A stretch of 64,000 bases of DNA, from positions 69,579-133,578 of the forward strand of contig CAKONZ010000003.1 in the NCBI GenBank assembly GCA_934098525.1, read 5' to 3'. This stretch comes from an uncultured Bacilli bacterium. GTDB taxonomy: Bacteria; Bacillota_I; Bacilli_A; RF39; UBA660. Below, one piece after another: positions 12,322-22,203 of the stretch. The notes beneath the pieces are model-generated. The model was given only the letters and a program-made list of their open reading frames with translations. It was not told where the DNA came from and searched no databases. The position numbers and the translations under genes are program-made. Position 1 is the stretch's first letter. Every line of letters begins with the position of its first letter.

Positions 12322-13272
12322 ATGATTCAATTTGAAAAACCAAATTATAAAATAATTGACCGTGTAGAAAAGAGTAATTATGGTAAATTTGAACTTGAAC
12401 CTTTAGAAAGAGGTTTCGGTTATACTATTGGTAATGCATTAAGAAGAGTAATGTTATCTTCATTACCTGGTAGTGCTATTACTAGTGTTAAGATTGATGG
12501 AGTTTTACATGAATTTCAAACAATCGAAGGTGTAGTTGAGGATGTTACTTCAATTATACTTAATTTAAAGAATGTTGTTATTAAGAAACATTGTGAAGGT
12601 GAAAAAACTATTAGATTATCTGCTTCTGAAGAAGGAGTTGTAACAGCTGGAGATATTACTTGTGATGCTGATGTTGAAATAGTTAATAAAGATCAAGTTA
12701 TTGCTACTTTAGCAAAAGGTGGTAAGCTTGATATGGAAATGACAGTTTCTTCTGGAAGAGGATATGTTAGAGCTGAAGAAAATAAGAAATTATTATCTGA
12801 TAAAAAAATTGGAGTTATTGCAATTGATTCATTGTATTCTCCAATAGAAAGAGTTGCTTATGAGGTATTAGATGCACGTGTTGGTCAAAATGAAACTTAT
12901 GATAAATTAGTTATTGAAGTTTGGACTAATAGTTCTATTAAACCTGAAGAGGCAATTGCTTTAGCTAGTAGAATTTTAATTGAACATTTAGAAATAGTTG
13001 CTAGTTTAGATAATATTGCTAATGTTACTGGTATGATGGTTGAAAAAACTGAAGATCCAAAACAAAAAGCTTTAGAAACTGCAATTGAAGATTTAGATTT
13101 CTCTGTTCGTGCTTATAATTGTTTGAAAAGAGCAGGAATTCATACTTTACAAGATTTAGTTAATAAAACTGATGCTGATGTTATGAAAATTCGTAATTTG
13201 GGTAAAAAATCTTTGAAAGAAGTATTAGATAAGGTTAAAGAATTAGATTTAACTTTAAAAGATGAAGATTAG
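12322..13272 (+). CDS. rpoA: DNA-directed RNA polymerase alpha subunit
   Basis: NTD and CTD motifs; operon order. Confidence 0.94.
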   Translation: MIQFEKPNYKIIDRVEKSNYGKFELEPLERGFGYTIGNALRRVMLSSLPGSAITSVKIDGVLHEFQTIEGVVEDVTSIILNLKNVVIKKHCEGEKTIRLSASEEGVVTAGDITCDADVEIVNKDQVIATLAKGGKLDMEMTVSSGRGYVRAEENKKLLSDKKIGVIAIDSLYSPIERVAYEVLDARVGQNETYDKLVIEVWTNSSIKPEEAIALASRILIEHLEIVASLDNIANVTGMMVEKTEDPKQKALETAIEDLDFSVRAYNCLKRAGIHTLQDLVNKTDADVMKIRNLGKKSLKEVLDKVKELDLTLKDED

Positions 13273-13290
13273 TAAGAAGGAGTGAATATA

Positions 13291-13635
13291 ATGGCATATA
13301 GAAAATTAGGCGTTGATAATAAACATAGAAGAAGCATGCTTGCAAACTTAACTATTAGTCTTATTATGAACGAAAGTATTGAGACAACTGAGGCAAGAGC
13401 TAAAGAAGCTAGAAAAATGGTTGAAAAAATGATTACTTACGGAAAAAACGGTAGTTTAGTTTCAAGAAGAAAAGCGTTAGCTTTCTTAATGAATAACACT
13501 GCTGCTGTTAAGAAAGTATTTGAAGAATTAGCTCCTCGTTATAAAGACCGTAATGGTGGATATACAAGAATTTTAAAATTAGATGAAAGAAAAGGCGATG
13601 ATGCCTTAATGGTAATTTTAGAATTAGTTAAATAA
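13291..13635 (+). CDS. rplQ: 50S ribosomal protein bL17
   Basis: ATG at 13291 with GAAGGAG 8 nt upstream; the track's GTG at 13282 overlaps the RBS. Confidence 0.9.
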   Translation: MAYRKLGVDNKHRRSMLANLTISLIMNESIETTEARAKEARKMVEKMITYGKNGSLVSRRKALAFLMNNTAAVKKVFEELAPRYKDRNGGYTRILKLDERKGDDALMVILELVK

Positions 13636-13659
13636 AAGGATGTTTTTACATCTTTTTTT
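13634..13659 (+). terminator. Intrinsic terminator after rplQ
   Basis: AAAAGGATGT-TTTT-ACATCTTTTT hairpin plus T-run. Confidence 0.55.
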
Positions 13660-13697
13660 AATTATGTAAAAATGATATAATTTTAGTGGGTGATGAT

Positions 13698-14456
13698 ATG
13701 AAGGCTTTGATTACAGGAGCTTCCTCTGGAATAGGAAGAGAAATGGCTATTTATTTAAGTGAATTAGGTTATGATTTGATATTGGTAGCAAGAGATAAGA
13801 CAGAACTTGAGTATTTACAAAAACAATTAAAAACTAATGTTAAGTTGATTATAGTGGATTTATCTGATGAAAAAAAGGTAAAAGATTTATATATGCTTGT
13901 TAAAAATGATGATATTGATATCTTAATTAATAATGCTGGTTTTGGATTGTTTGGAAATTATGATAATGTGGATTTACTTACTGAACTTAAAATGATTGAT
14001 GTTAATATTAAGGCTGTACATATTTTAACTAGAATGTTTTTAAAGAATATGACACAAAGAAATAGTGGATATATTTTAAATGTAGCTTCATCTGCAGGAC
14101 TTTTAAAAGGTGGACCTTTGATGAGTACATATTATGCTACTAAAAGTTATGTTGTTTCTTTTACTAATGCTATATATGAGGAATTAAGAAGAAATAAATC
14201 TAATGTTCATGTTTCTTGTTTATGTCCTGGACCTGTTAAGACTAATTTTAATAATGTTGCAGGAGTTAAATTTACTGTTAAAAGTTTAGATGCTAGGTAT
14301 GTAGCAAGATATGCAATTGATTGTATGTTTTCTAATAAACTTACAATAGTACCAGGAAATACTACTAAGATTGGTTTGTTTTTTTCTAGATTTTTAAGTA
14401 CTAAAACTTTACTTAAAATTACTTATAAATTTCAAAAGAAAAAAGATAGAAAATAA
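13698..14456 (+). CDS. Short-chain dehydrogenase/reductase (SDR) family oxidoreductase
   Basis: TGASSGIG Rossmann motif, NNAG, YxxxK; ATG at 13698 preferred over upstream GTG. Confidence 0.75.
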   Translation: MKALITGASSGIGREMAIYLSELGYDLILVARDKTELEYLQKQLKTNVKLIIVDLSDEKKVKDLYMLVKNDDIDILINNAGFGLFGNYDNVDLLTELKMIDVNIKAVHILTRMFLKNMTQRNSGYILNVASSAGLLKGGPLMSTYYATKSYVVSFTNAIYEELRRNKSNVHVSCLCPGPVKTNFNNVAGVKFTVKSLDARYVARYAIDCMFSNKLTIVPGNTTKIGLFFSRFLSTKTLLKITYKFQKKKDRK

Positions 14457-14473
14457 TAACTTATGAGGTAATT

Positions 14474-15205
14474 ATGAGATATTTAATGAAGTTTGCTTAT
14501 GATGGTTCTTGTTTTTATGGATATGAGAGGCAGAATAATTTGTTAACAGTACAAGGAACTATTGAAAATATATTGACTGGTGTTAATAATTTTAAGGCAG
14601 TTAAAATTCATTCTAGTGGACGTACTGATAGGGGTGTTCATGCTAGATGTCAAACTGCACATTTTGATTTAGATGTAAAAATTAAGCCATATGGTCTTAT
14701 TAAACTTATAAATAAAGAATGTCCTGATATACATGTTTTTAGTATTGAGAATGTTAGTGATGATTTTCATGCTAGGTATAGTGTTAAATCTAAGACTTAT
14801 TCTTATTATATTAATACTGGTATTTATGATTTGTTTGCGAGAAAATATGTTTATCAATATAATCAAAAATTAGATATTGATAAAATGAAAGAAGCATGTT
14901 TATGTTTGATTGGAGAACATAATTTTAAGTCTTTTTGTAATGATAGTAAGTCAAGAAATAATTTTGTAAGGGTTATTAATAGTATTGATATAACAAGTGA
15001 TGATGGAATAATTAAAATTAGTATTAATGGGAATGGTTTTTTGAGATGTATGGTAAGGAATATAGTTGGTGTTTTAATAGAAATAGGATCTTTAAAAAGG
15101 GATGTTTCTTATATGAATTATGTTCTCAATCTTTGTGATAGAAAAGGCTATATTGTTAAGTCAGCTTATAGTGGTGGTCTATATTTAGATAGTGTTTTTT
15201 ACTAA
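14474..15205 (+). CDS. truA: tRNA pseudouridine(38-40) synthase TruA
   Basis: YDGSxFxG(Y/F)Q and RTDRGVHA catalytic motif. Confidence 0.85.
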   Translation: MRYLMKFAYDGSCFYGYERQNNLLTVQGTIENILTGVNNFKAVKIHSSGRTDRGVHARCQTAHFDLDVKIKPYGLIKLINKECPDIHVFSIENVSDDFHARYSVKSKTYSYYINTGIYDLFARKYVYQYNQKLDIDKMKEACLCLIGEHNFKSFCNDSKSRNNFVRVINSIDITSDDGIIKISINGNGFLRCMVRNIVGVLIEIGSLKRDVSYMNYVLNLCDRKGYIVKSAYSGGLYLDSVFY

Positions 15206-15272
15206 TTTTATAAGTAAGATATTAATTATTGTTTGAAAATGTTAAATTTATATATAAATAAGTATTAAATTG

Positions 15273-15301
15273 TTGACATTTACATATTGTTTTAGTATAA
15301 T
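15273..15301 (+). promoter_or_regulatory. Sigma-A type promoter for rplM-rpsI
   Basis: TTGACA, 17-nt spacer, TATAAT. Confidence 0.6.
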
Positions 15302-15385
15302 TTTAGTCGGTACATTTTCTAAGGTTTTTGTTTGTAAGTGTGGGAAGCTTATAAATAGAAACTTAAATGAAAGGGAGAATTAATT

Positions 15386-15817
15386 ATGAAAAGTTATATG
15401 CAAAAAAAGGAAACAGTTGAACGTAAATGGTACGTAATTGATGCTACTGACGTAACTTTAGGACGTTTAGCTAGTAAAGTTGCTTTTATGTTAAGAGGTA
15501 AACATAAAGCTACTTATACACCACACATTGATTGTGGAGATTATATTATTATTGTTAATGCTGGTAAAGTAAAACTTACTGGAAATAAAATGGATAAGAA
15601 ATTATATTATAATCATTCTGGTTACCAAGGTGGTTTAAGAGTTCGTACTGCTAAAGAAATGGTTGAAAATTATCCAGTTGAGATGATTGAAAGAGCTGTT
15701 AAAGGTATGTTGCCTAATGGTAGATTAGGAAGAACTATGTATAAAAAATTATTTGTTTATGAAGGAGAAACTCATCCACATATGGCTCAAAAGCCTGAAG
15801 TGCTTGAGGTTAAATAG
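15386..15817 (+). CDS. rplM: 50S ribosomal protein uL13
   Basis: Conserved L13 sequence. Confidence 0.93.
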   Translation: MKSYMQKKETVERKWYVIDATDVTLGRLASKVAFMLRGKHKATYTPHIDCGDYIIIVNAGKVKLTGNKMDKKLYYNHSGYQGGLRVRTAKEMVENYPVEMIERAVKGMLPNGRLGRTMYKKLFVYEGETHPHMAQKPEVLEVK

Positions 15818-15828
15818 GGAGGTAAGCT

Positions 15829-16251
15829 ATGGCAAAAAATAAGACATGTTATTATGCTACTGGAAAAAGAAAAACTAGTATTGCAAAAGTAAAATTAGTA
15901 GAAGGTAAAGGTAATATTACTGTTAATGGAAAGGAAGTTTCTTCATATTTTCCATTTGAAACTTTGGTTATGGACTTATCTCAACCACTTGAATTAACTA
16001 ACACAAAAGATAAATTTGATGTTGTAGCAGAAGTTTCTGGTGGTGGTTTTTCTGGACAAACAGGTGCTATTAGATTAGGAATTGTTAAAGCTTTATTAGA
16101 GTATGATTCTGCTAGTGATCCTACTAATCCTGAAAGCTTTAGAAAGATTTTAAAATCTAGAGGTCTAGTTACTCGTGATTCTAGAATCAAAGAAAGAAAG
16201 AAACCAGGACTTAAAAAAGCTCGTCGTGCACCACAGTTTAGTAAACGTTAA
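15829..16251 (+). CDS. rpsI: 30S ribosomal protein uS9
   Basis: C-terminal GLVTRDxRxKERKK motif. Confidence 0.93.
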   Translation: MAKNKTCYYATGKRKTSIAKVKLVEGKGNITVNGKEVSSYFPFETLVMDLSQPLELTNTKDKFDVVAEVSGGGFSGQTGAIRLGIVKALLEYDSASDPTNPESFRKILKSRGLVTRDSRIKERKKPGLKKARRAPQFSKR

Positions 16252-16277
16252 GATATTCTTTGGAATATCTTTTTTTA
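16252..16277 (+). terminator. Intrinsic terminator after rpsI
   Basis: GATATTC-TTTG-GAATATC followed by T7. Confidence 0.75.
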
Positions 16278-16305
16278 TGTTATAATATTTGAGTGAGGTG
16301 TTAAG

Positions 16306-18033
16306 ATGAAAAGATATTTTAAATATGTAAAAGGTAATTGGTTTGCTACTATTATTTCTCCTATTTTGATGATGTTAGATGTTTTAGGTACTATGGTTCA
16401 ACCTCTTTTAATGGCTAAGATTATAGATATTGGAATTATAAATGGTGATTCTAACTATATTATTAAAATAGGTTTGGTTATGATTTTATTTTCTATTCTT
16501 ACTATGATTTGTGGTTTTTTGTGTATGTATTTTTCTGCTAAGGCAGCATATGGTTTTTCTTATAATTTAAGAGCGGATTTAATTTCAAAAATTCAAATGT
16601 TTTCTTTTGCTAATATTAATAAATTTAAAACTTCTTCTTTGATAACACGTTTAACTAATGATATTAATATATTAAGTAATTTGTATCAGATGTTATTAAG
16701 AATTGTTGTTAGGGCCCCACTTATGTTTATTGGTGGTTTGATAATGGCGCTGTTTATTAATAAAAGATTATCCTTGATTCTTGTTGTTATGATTCCTATT
16801 CTTTTTATATTTGTGGTATTTTTAATAAAGAAGGTTGCCCCATTATTTGATAAGGTACAATCAAGTATAGATGATGTTAATTCTTCAATTAGGGAAAATT
16901 TAAAGGGTATAAGAGTTATAAAGGCTTTTGTTAGGGAAAATTATCAAAGGAAAAGATTTGGTAATGCCAATAATAGGTTGACTGATATTTCTATTAATAG
17001 TTATTCGAAGATTATTATTTTGTCTCCTTTTATGTTAGTATTTATGAATTTTTCTGTTGCTTCTGTTTTATGGTTTGGTGGAAAAATAGCATCTTTGGGA
17101 GGTATTGAAATTGGTTCTTTAACTTCTTTTATATCATATATTATGATGATTTTATCTTCTTTAGTTATGATGTCTATGGTTTTTATGAATTTTGCTAGAG
17201 CTTCTGCTTCTTCTAAAAGAATTTTAGAGGTTTTAGATGAAGATGTTGATATTAAAAATGCTTCTAATGGGATTAAAGATATCAATTGTGATTTAATTAG
17301 TTATAATGTTAATTCTTTTGCTTATAAGGATTCTAGTGGAGAGAAGGTCTTGAAAAATATTAAGTTTGATGTTAAAAAAGGGGATAAGGTAGCAATTATT
17401 GGTTCTACGGGAAGTGGAAAATCTACTTTAATAAATTTGTTACCTAGATTTTTTGATGTTGATGATGGAGAGATTTTAATTGATAATGTTAATATTAAAG
17501 AGTATGATTTGTTTGCTTTAAGAGATTCTATTGGAATGGTTTTACAAGAAAATAGGTTGTTTAGTGGCACTATTAAGTCAAATATTTTATGGGGTAATGG
17601 TAATGCTTCAATGAATGATATTATTAAAGCTTGTAAAGTAGCTCAAATAGATGATTTTATTCAAGGACTTGATGATAAATATGATTCTAAGGTTGAACAA
17701 AGGGGTACTAATTTTTCTGGTGGACAAAAACAAAGATTGTGTATTGCTAGAGCTCTTTTGAAAAAACCTAAGATTTTAGTTTTAGATGATAGTGTTAGTG
17801 CACTTGATGCTACTACTGAGGCTAATTTAACTAATGCTTTAAAAAAGAATTTTGCTGATACAACAACTTTTATTATTACGCAGAGAATTAGTAGTTGTAA
17901 GAGTGCTGATTATGTTATTGTGATGGATAATGGTTGTATTACTGATATTGGTAAACATGAAGATTTACTTAAATCAAGTACAGTTTATCAAGAGATAAAT
18001 AATTCTCAACAGGAGGTGTTAACAAATGCATAA
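16306..18033 (+). CDS. ABC transporter, fused permease/ATP-binding subunit (type I exporter half-transporter A)
   Basis: Six-TM N-terminal domain; Walker A GSTGSGKST, LSGGQKQR signature, Walker B ILVLDD. Confidence 0.85.
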   Translation: MKRYFKYVKGNWFATIISPILMMLDVLGTMVQPLLMAKIIDIGIINGDSNYIIKIGLVMILFSILTMICGFLCMYFSAKAAYGFSYNLRADLISKIQMFSFANINKFKTSSLITRLTNDINILSNLYQMLLRIVVRAPLMFIGGLIMALFINKRLSLILVVMIPILFIFVVFLIKKVAPLFDKVQSSIDDVNSSIRENLKGIRVIKAFVRENYQRKRFGNANNRLTDISINSYSKIIILSPFMLVFMNFSVASVLWFGGKIASLGGIEIGSLTSFISYIMMILSSLVMMSMVFMNFARASASSKRILEVLDEDVDIKNASNGIKDINCDLISYNVNSFAYKDSSGEKVLKNIKFDVKKGDKVAIIGSTGSGKSTLINLLPRFFDVDDGEILIDNVNIKEYDLFALRDSIGMVLQENRLFSGTIKSNILWGNGNASMNDIIKACKVAQIDDFIQGLDDKYDSKVEQRGTNFSGGQKQRLCIARALLKKPKILVLDDSVSALDATTEANLTNALKKNFADTTTFIITQRISSCKSADYVIVMDNGCITDIGKHEDLLKSSTVYQEINNSQQEVLTNA

Positions 18034-19807
18034 TGATTCTAGTTTAGAAAAGATAAAAGATGCTAAAAGTACAATTAAAAGAATTGTTAAATATTTGAAG
18101 AAATATAAGTTTAAATTTATGTTAGTTTTATTTTTTATTGTTGCTTATATTACTTTTAATACTTTGATTTCTTTGATGCTTACACCGATTATTGATAATT
18201 ATATTATTCCTCTTATTAAAGATTCTTCTAATAAAGTTTTACTTAGTGGATTGTTTAAACAAATATTGATTTTTTTAATATTTGTTATATGTGCTGCTTT
18301 GGCTCAATATTTTCAATATTATACAATGGTTAAAATTGCTGCTTATACAGTTAGAGATATGCGAAGAGATTTATTTGATAAATTAATTGTTTTACCTATA
18401 AAGTATTATGATACTCATCATAGTGGAGAATTAATGAGTAGAATTACTAATGATTTAGATAATGTTAGTACGTGTTTAAATTCAAGTATTGATCAAATAG
18501 TTTGTGCTGTTTTGAATGTAATAGTTACTTTGATAGTTATGATAAGTATTAGTCCTAAATTAACTTTAATAAGTGTTATTACTATTCCTGTTTTAATGAT
18601 TGCTTCTATAATAATTATGAAATTAACTACTAAACATTTTGAAAAGCAACAGAAATCATTAGGGGATTTAAATGGTTATATAGAGGAATATATTTCAGGA
18701 CAAAAGGTTATAAAGGCTTTTAATAAAGAAAAAGATGTTATTTCTGATTTTGATAAGTATAATTTAAATTTAAGAAGAGATGGATTTAAGGCTCAAGCTT
18801 ATGGGTCTGTTATAATGCCTGTTATGATGTCTCTTAATAATATTTCTATTGCTATTATTTGTATTGTTTCAGGTATTATGGCTATAAAGGGAAAGATATC
18901 TATTGGAAAAATTACTTCTTTTAATAAGTTTTCACGACAATTATCTGATCCAATTAATGAGATTTCTCAACAAATGAGTATTATACAATCAGCTTTAGCA
19001 GGAGCTGAAAGAGTTTTTGAAATTATGGATGAGAAGAAAGAGTTTGAAGGGTTGTCTTGTAATGAGAAATTAACTAATGTTAAGGGAAAAATATCTTTTG
19101 AGAGTGTTAATTTTGGATATGATGATAAGCTGGTTCTTAAGAATTTTAATTTAAGTGTTAAACCAGGAGAAACAATTGCTATAGTTGGTCCTACTGGAGC
19201 TGGCAAAACAACTATAATTAATTTACTTACACGTTTTTATGATACTAATAGTGGTAAAATTTTAATTGATGATAAGAATATTAAAGATGTTTCTGTTTAT
19301 TCTTTGAGAAATAATTTAGGTATTGTTTTACAAGATACTGTTTTGTTTTCAATGTCGGTTAAGGATAATTTACGATTTGGAAAGCTTAATGCTAGTGATG
19401 ATGAGATTGTTAAGGCTTGTAAGTATGCTAATGCTGATAGTTTTATTACTAAGTTACCTTTAAAATATGATACTATTTTAAACGAAGATGTTAATAATTT
19501 ATCTATAGGACAGAAACAATTATTGAATATAGCTAGAGTTATTTTAAATAATCCAAAAATATTGATATTAGATGAAGCAACTTCTAATGTTGATACTAGG
19601 ACAGAGTTAAAGATTAATGAAGCCATGGTTAGATTGATGAAGGGTAGAACTAGTTTTGTTATTGCTCATAGATTATCTACTATTAGAAATGCTGATAGAA
19701 TTGTTGTTATTAATGATGGAAGAATAGTAGAAATTGGTAATCATAGTGATTTGATAAAAAAGCGTGGTGTATATTTTAAGATGTATACTGGAATGTTTGA
19801 AGAATAG
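18026..19807 (+). CDS. ABC transporter, fused permease/ATP-binding subunit (half-transporter B of heterodimeric exporter)
   Basis: GPTGAGKTT Walker A, LSIGQKQ signature, ILILDEAT; overlaps the upstream partner by 8 nt. Confidence 0.85.
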   Translation: MHNDSSLEKIKDAKSTIKRIVKYLKKYKFKFMLVLFFIVAYITFNTLISLMLTPIIDNYIIPLIKDSSNKVLLSGLFKQILIFLIFVICAALAQYFQYYTMVKIAAYTVRDMRRDLFDKLIVLPIKYYDTHHSGELMSRITNDLDNVSTCLNSSIDQIVCAVLNVIVTLIVMISISPKLTLISVITIPVLMIASIIIMKLTTKHFEKQQKSLGDLNGYIEEYISGQKVIKAFNKEKDVISDFDKYNLNLRRDGFKAQAYGSVIMPVMMSLNNISIAIICIVSGIMAIKGKISIGKITSFNKFSRQLSDPINEISQQMSIIQSALAGAERVFEIMDEKKEFEGLSCNEKLTNVKGKISFESVNFGYDDKLVLKNFNLSVKPGETIAIVGPTGAGKTTIINLLTRFYDTNSGKILIDDKNIKDVSVYSLRNNLGIVLQDTVLFSMSVKDNLRFGKLNASDDEIVKACKYANADSFITKLPLKYDTILNEDVNNLSIGQKQLLNIARVILNNPKILILDEATSNVDTRTELKINEAMVRLMKGRTSFVIAHRLSTIRNADRIVVINDGRIVEIGNHSDLIKKRGVYFKMYTGMFEE

Positions 19808-19825
19808 TTTGCTATTCTTTTTTTT
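19802..19825 (+). terminator. Intrinsic terminator after the ABC pair
   Basis: GAATAG-TTTG-CTATTC followed by T8. Confidence 0.75.
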
Positions 19826-19868
19826 ATATAATTTTCACAAAAATGACATATTATTTTAACTATTTATA

Positions 19869-19877
19869 TGTTATAAT
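19869..19877 (+). promoter_or_regulatory. Extended -10 promoter element (TGtTATAAT) upstream of the Abi gene
   Basis: TG-n-TATAAT 25 nt upstream of ATG; no clear -35. Confidence 0.4.
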
Positions 19878-19901
19878 TTATAATAGTTAGGAGTGTAAGG
19901 T

Positions 19902-20855
19902 ATGGGTGCTAAGACTTTTAAAACATTAAATGAACAAATCGATATAATGCGTAATAAAGGACTTGTTATTGACAATGAAAAGTACGCTAAGGAGGTTTTG
20001 CTTAGAGAAAATTATTTCTTTCTTAATGGTTATAGACATATTTTTTTGAAATCTGCTAATAATAAAGTTTTTATAGATGGAACAAAGTTTGAAGAGATGT
20101 ATAGTTTGTTTTTATTTGATAGAAAACTAAGGAATATTTTATTTAAGAATATACTTATTATAGAAAATAATTTGAAGTCTATTATTTCTTATCAGTTATC
20201 AAAAAAATATGGTATAAAAGAACACCAATATTTAAATCCTTCTAATTTTAATTATACTCATGAAAAAAAGAAGCAAGTTACAGATTTACTTGGAAAAATG
20301 AAAAGGCAGATACGTAATAATGCCACTCAACATTCTGCTACACAGCATTATGTTGAAAATTATGGCTATATTCCTTTGTGGGTTGCAGTTAAAGTTTTAT
20401 CTTTTGGTATAGTTACGGAACTTTTTACCATATTAAAGAAGGAGGATCAATACGAAATTGTTGATTTTTATAATGTTGATATAAAAGATTTTATTAATTA
20501 TACTGCTCTTTTATCTAATTATAGAAATCTTTGTGCTCATGAAGATATAGTTTTTTCTAATAGGACACAAAAATATATAGATGATACAAAATATCATAGA
20601 TTATTAAATATTAGTTTACTTGATAATGAATATATATATGGAAGAAATGATTTGTTTGCTTTAATTATTATTTTAAAGTGTATGCTTAAAGATGATGAGT
20701 TTAAGGATTTAGCATTAGAGATTAATGGAGCTTTGAATAATTTAGAATTTAATTTGAGAAGTATTCCTATAAATAAGGTTTTAGATTATATGGGATTTCC
20801 TGATAATTGGAAAGACTTGATAGATATAAGAAAAGAGGAGATTTTTAATGAATAA
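19902..20855 (+). CDS. Abi_2 family abortive-infection protein (AbiD/AbiF-like)
   Basis: N-terminal FKTLNEQIDIMRNKGLVIDNEKYAKEVLLRENYFFLNGYRHIF matches the Abi_2 family pattern. Confidence 0.7.
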   Translation: MGAKTFKTLNEQIDIMRNKGLVIDNEKYAKEVLLRENYFFLNGYRHIFLKSANNKVFIDGTKFEEMYSLFLFDRKLRNILFKNILIIENNLKSIISYQLSKKYGIKEHQYLNPSNFNYTHEKKKQVTDLLGKMKRQIRNNATQHSATQHYVENYGYIPLWVAVKVLSFGIVTELFTILKKEDQYEIVDFYNVDIKDFINYTALLSNYRNLCAHEDIVFSNRTQKYIDDTKYHRLLNISLLDNEYIYGRNDLFALIIILKCMLKDDEFKDLALEINGALNNLEFNLRSIPINKVLDYMGFPDNWKDLIDIRKEEIFNE

Positions 20856-21954
20856 AAACAATAATTTGATACTTTATATTTTAGTTTTTTTCTTAGGTGT
20901 TGGTTGCACTATAGGAGGAATATATAATTTTAGAGGTGTTTTGTTTGGAGGAGGTTCTTCATCTAAGGGAGCTTGTTATACTTCTTGTGAAAATAAAGTA
21001 ACAATTGATGATAAAGGTATTAGTTCTGCGGTTGATAAGGTTTATGATGCTGTAGTTATTGTTAAGAATTATCAAAATGATAAATTGTATTCTACTGGTA
21101 CTGGTTTTATTTATAAAGTGGATTCAAAAAATGGGTATTTGATTACAAATTATCATGTTATTAGTGGTGGTACTAAACTTGTTATTACTATGAGTGATGG
21201 TGAAGATGTTGATGCTAGTTTAGCTGGTGGTGATCAATATTTAGATATTGCAGTTTTGAAAATTGCTAAGGATAAAGTTAAAAAAATAGCTGAGTTTGGA
21301 AGTAGTGAAGATGCTAAACTCGGTGATACTGTGTTTACTATTGGAACTCCTATTGATACTCAATATAGTAATACTGTAACAAGAGGAGTGCTTTCTGGAA
21401 AAGATAGATTAGTTTCTGTTGCTGTTTCTAATAGTAATGTTGAAGATTATGTTATGAAGGTTTTACAAACAGATGCTTCTATTAATCCTGGTAATAGTGG
21501 AGGACCTTTATTAAATTCTAATGGTGAAGTTATAGGTGTTAATTCTTTGAAATTGGTTGAAAATGAAGTTGAAGGAATGGGATTTGCTATTGCTATTGAA
21601 AATGTTGAGAAACATTTATCTGATTTAGAGTTGGGTAAACAAATAGAAAGACCTTATTTAGGAATATCTATGTTAAATGTTGGAGATACTTATGCATTAT
21701 ATAATAGTGGTATTGTAGTTGATTCTAAGATTACTAGTGGTGTTGTAGTTGTTGATGTTGCTTCGGCTTCATCAGTAGATAAGGTTTTGAAGAAAGGTGA
21801 TATTATTACAAAAATTGATAATGAAAAAGTTGATAATTTAGCATATTTAAGATATGAATTATATAAACATAATATTGGTGATAAAATTAAAATTACTTAT
21901 ATTAGAAATAATAAGGAATATACTTCTGAAGTTACATTAAAGGCTAATAAATAG
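20848..21954 (+). CDS. htrA: Trypsin-like serine protease HtrA/DegP family with C-terminal PDZ domain, membrane-anchored
   Basis: N-terminal TM helix; catalytic H/D/S with GNSGGPL; PDZ-like C-terminus. Confidence 0.85.
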   Translation: MNKNNNLILYILVFFLGVGCTIGGIYNFRGVLFGGGSSSKGACYTSCENKVTIDDKGISSAVDKVYDAVVIVKNYQNDKLYSTGTGFIYKVDSKNGYLITNYHVISGGTKLVITMSDGEDVDASLAGGDQYLDIAVLKIAKDKVKKIAEFGSSEDAKLGDTVFTIGTPIDTQYSNTVTRGVLSGKDRLVSVAVSNSNVEDYVMKVLQTDASINPGNSGGPLLNSNGEVIGVNSLKLVENEVEGMGFAIAIENVEKHLSDLELGKQIERPYLGISMLNVGDTYALYNSGIVVDSKITSGVVVVDVASASSVDKVLKKGDIITKIDNEKVDNLAYLRYELYKHNIGDKIKITYIRNNKEYTSEVTLKANK

Positions 21955-21960
21955 TTATTA

Positions 21961-21988
21961 TTGACAAAATTTATTTTAATGTTAAAAT
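21961..21988 (+). promoter_or_regulatory. Sigma-A type promoter for the aspS leader
   Basis: TTGACA, 16-nt spacer, TAAAAT. Confidence 0.5.
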
Positions 21989-21994
21989 ATAATT

Positions 21995-22200
21995 ATATTA
22001 TTTGTTTGAAGGAGTAATTATTTGATATTTTTTAGAGAGCTAATGTTGGTGAAAATTAGTAAGTAGATAATAATGAAGACATCAAACGCTAAATAATCGT
22101 ATATCTGCGTTAAAGTGAAGAGTATAGAAAATCTATAAAATAAGGTGGTACCGCGAGTTTTTTCGCCCTTATGTTATGGATTTTTTTATTTAAAGGAGGA
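21995..22200 (+). ncRNA. T-box leader (tRNA-Asp-responsive) upstream of aspS
   Basis: Conserved T-box sequence AAGGTGGTACCGCGAG at 22142-22157; AGAGAG stem I element; candidate specifier GAC at 22078-22080 followed by A. Confidence 0.65.
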
Positions 22201-22203
22201 TTT

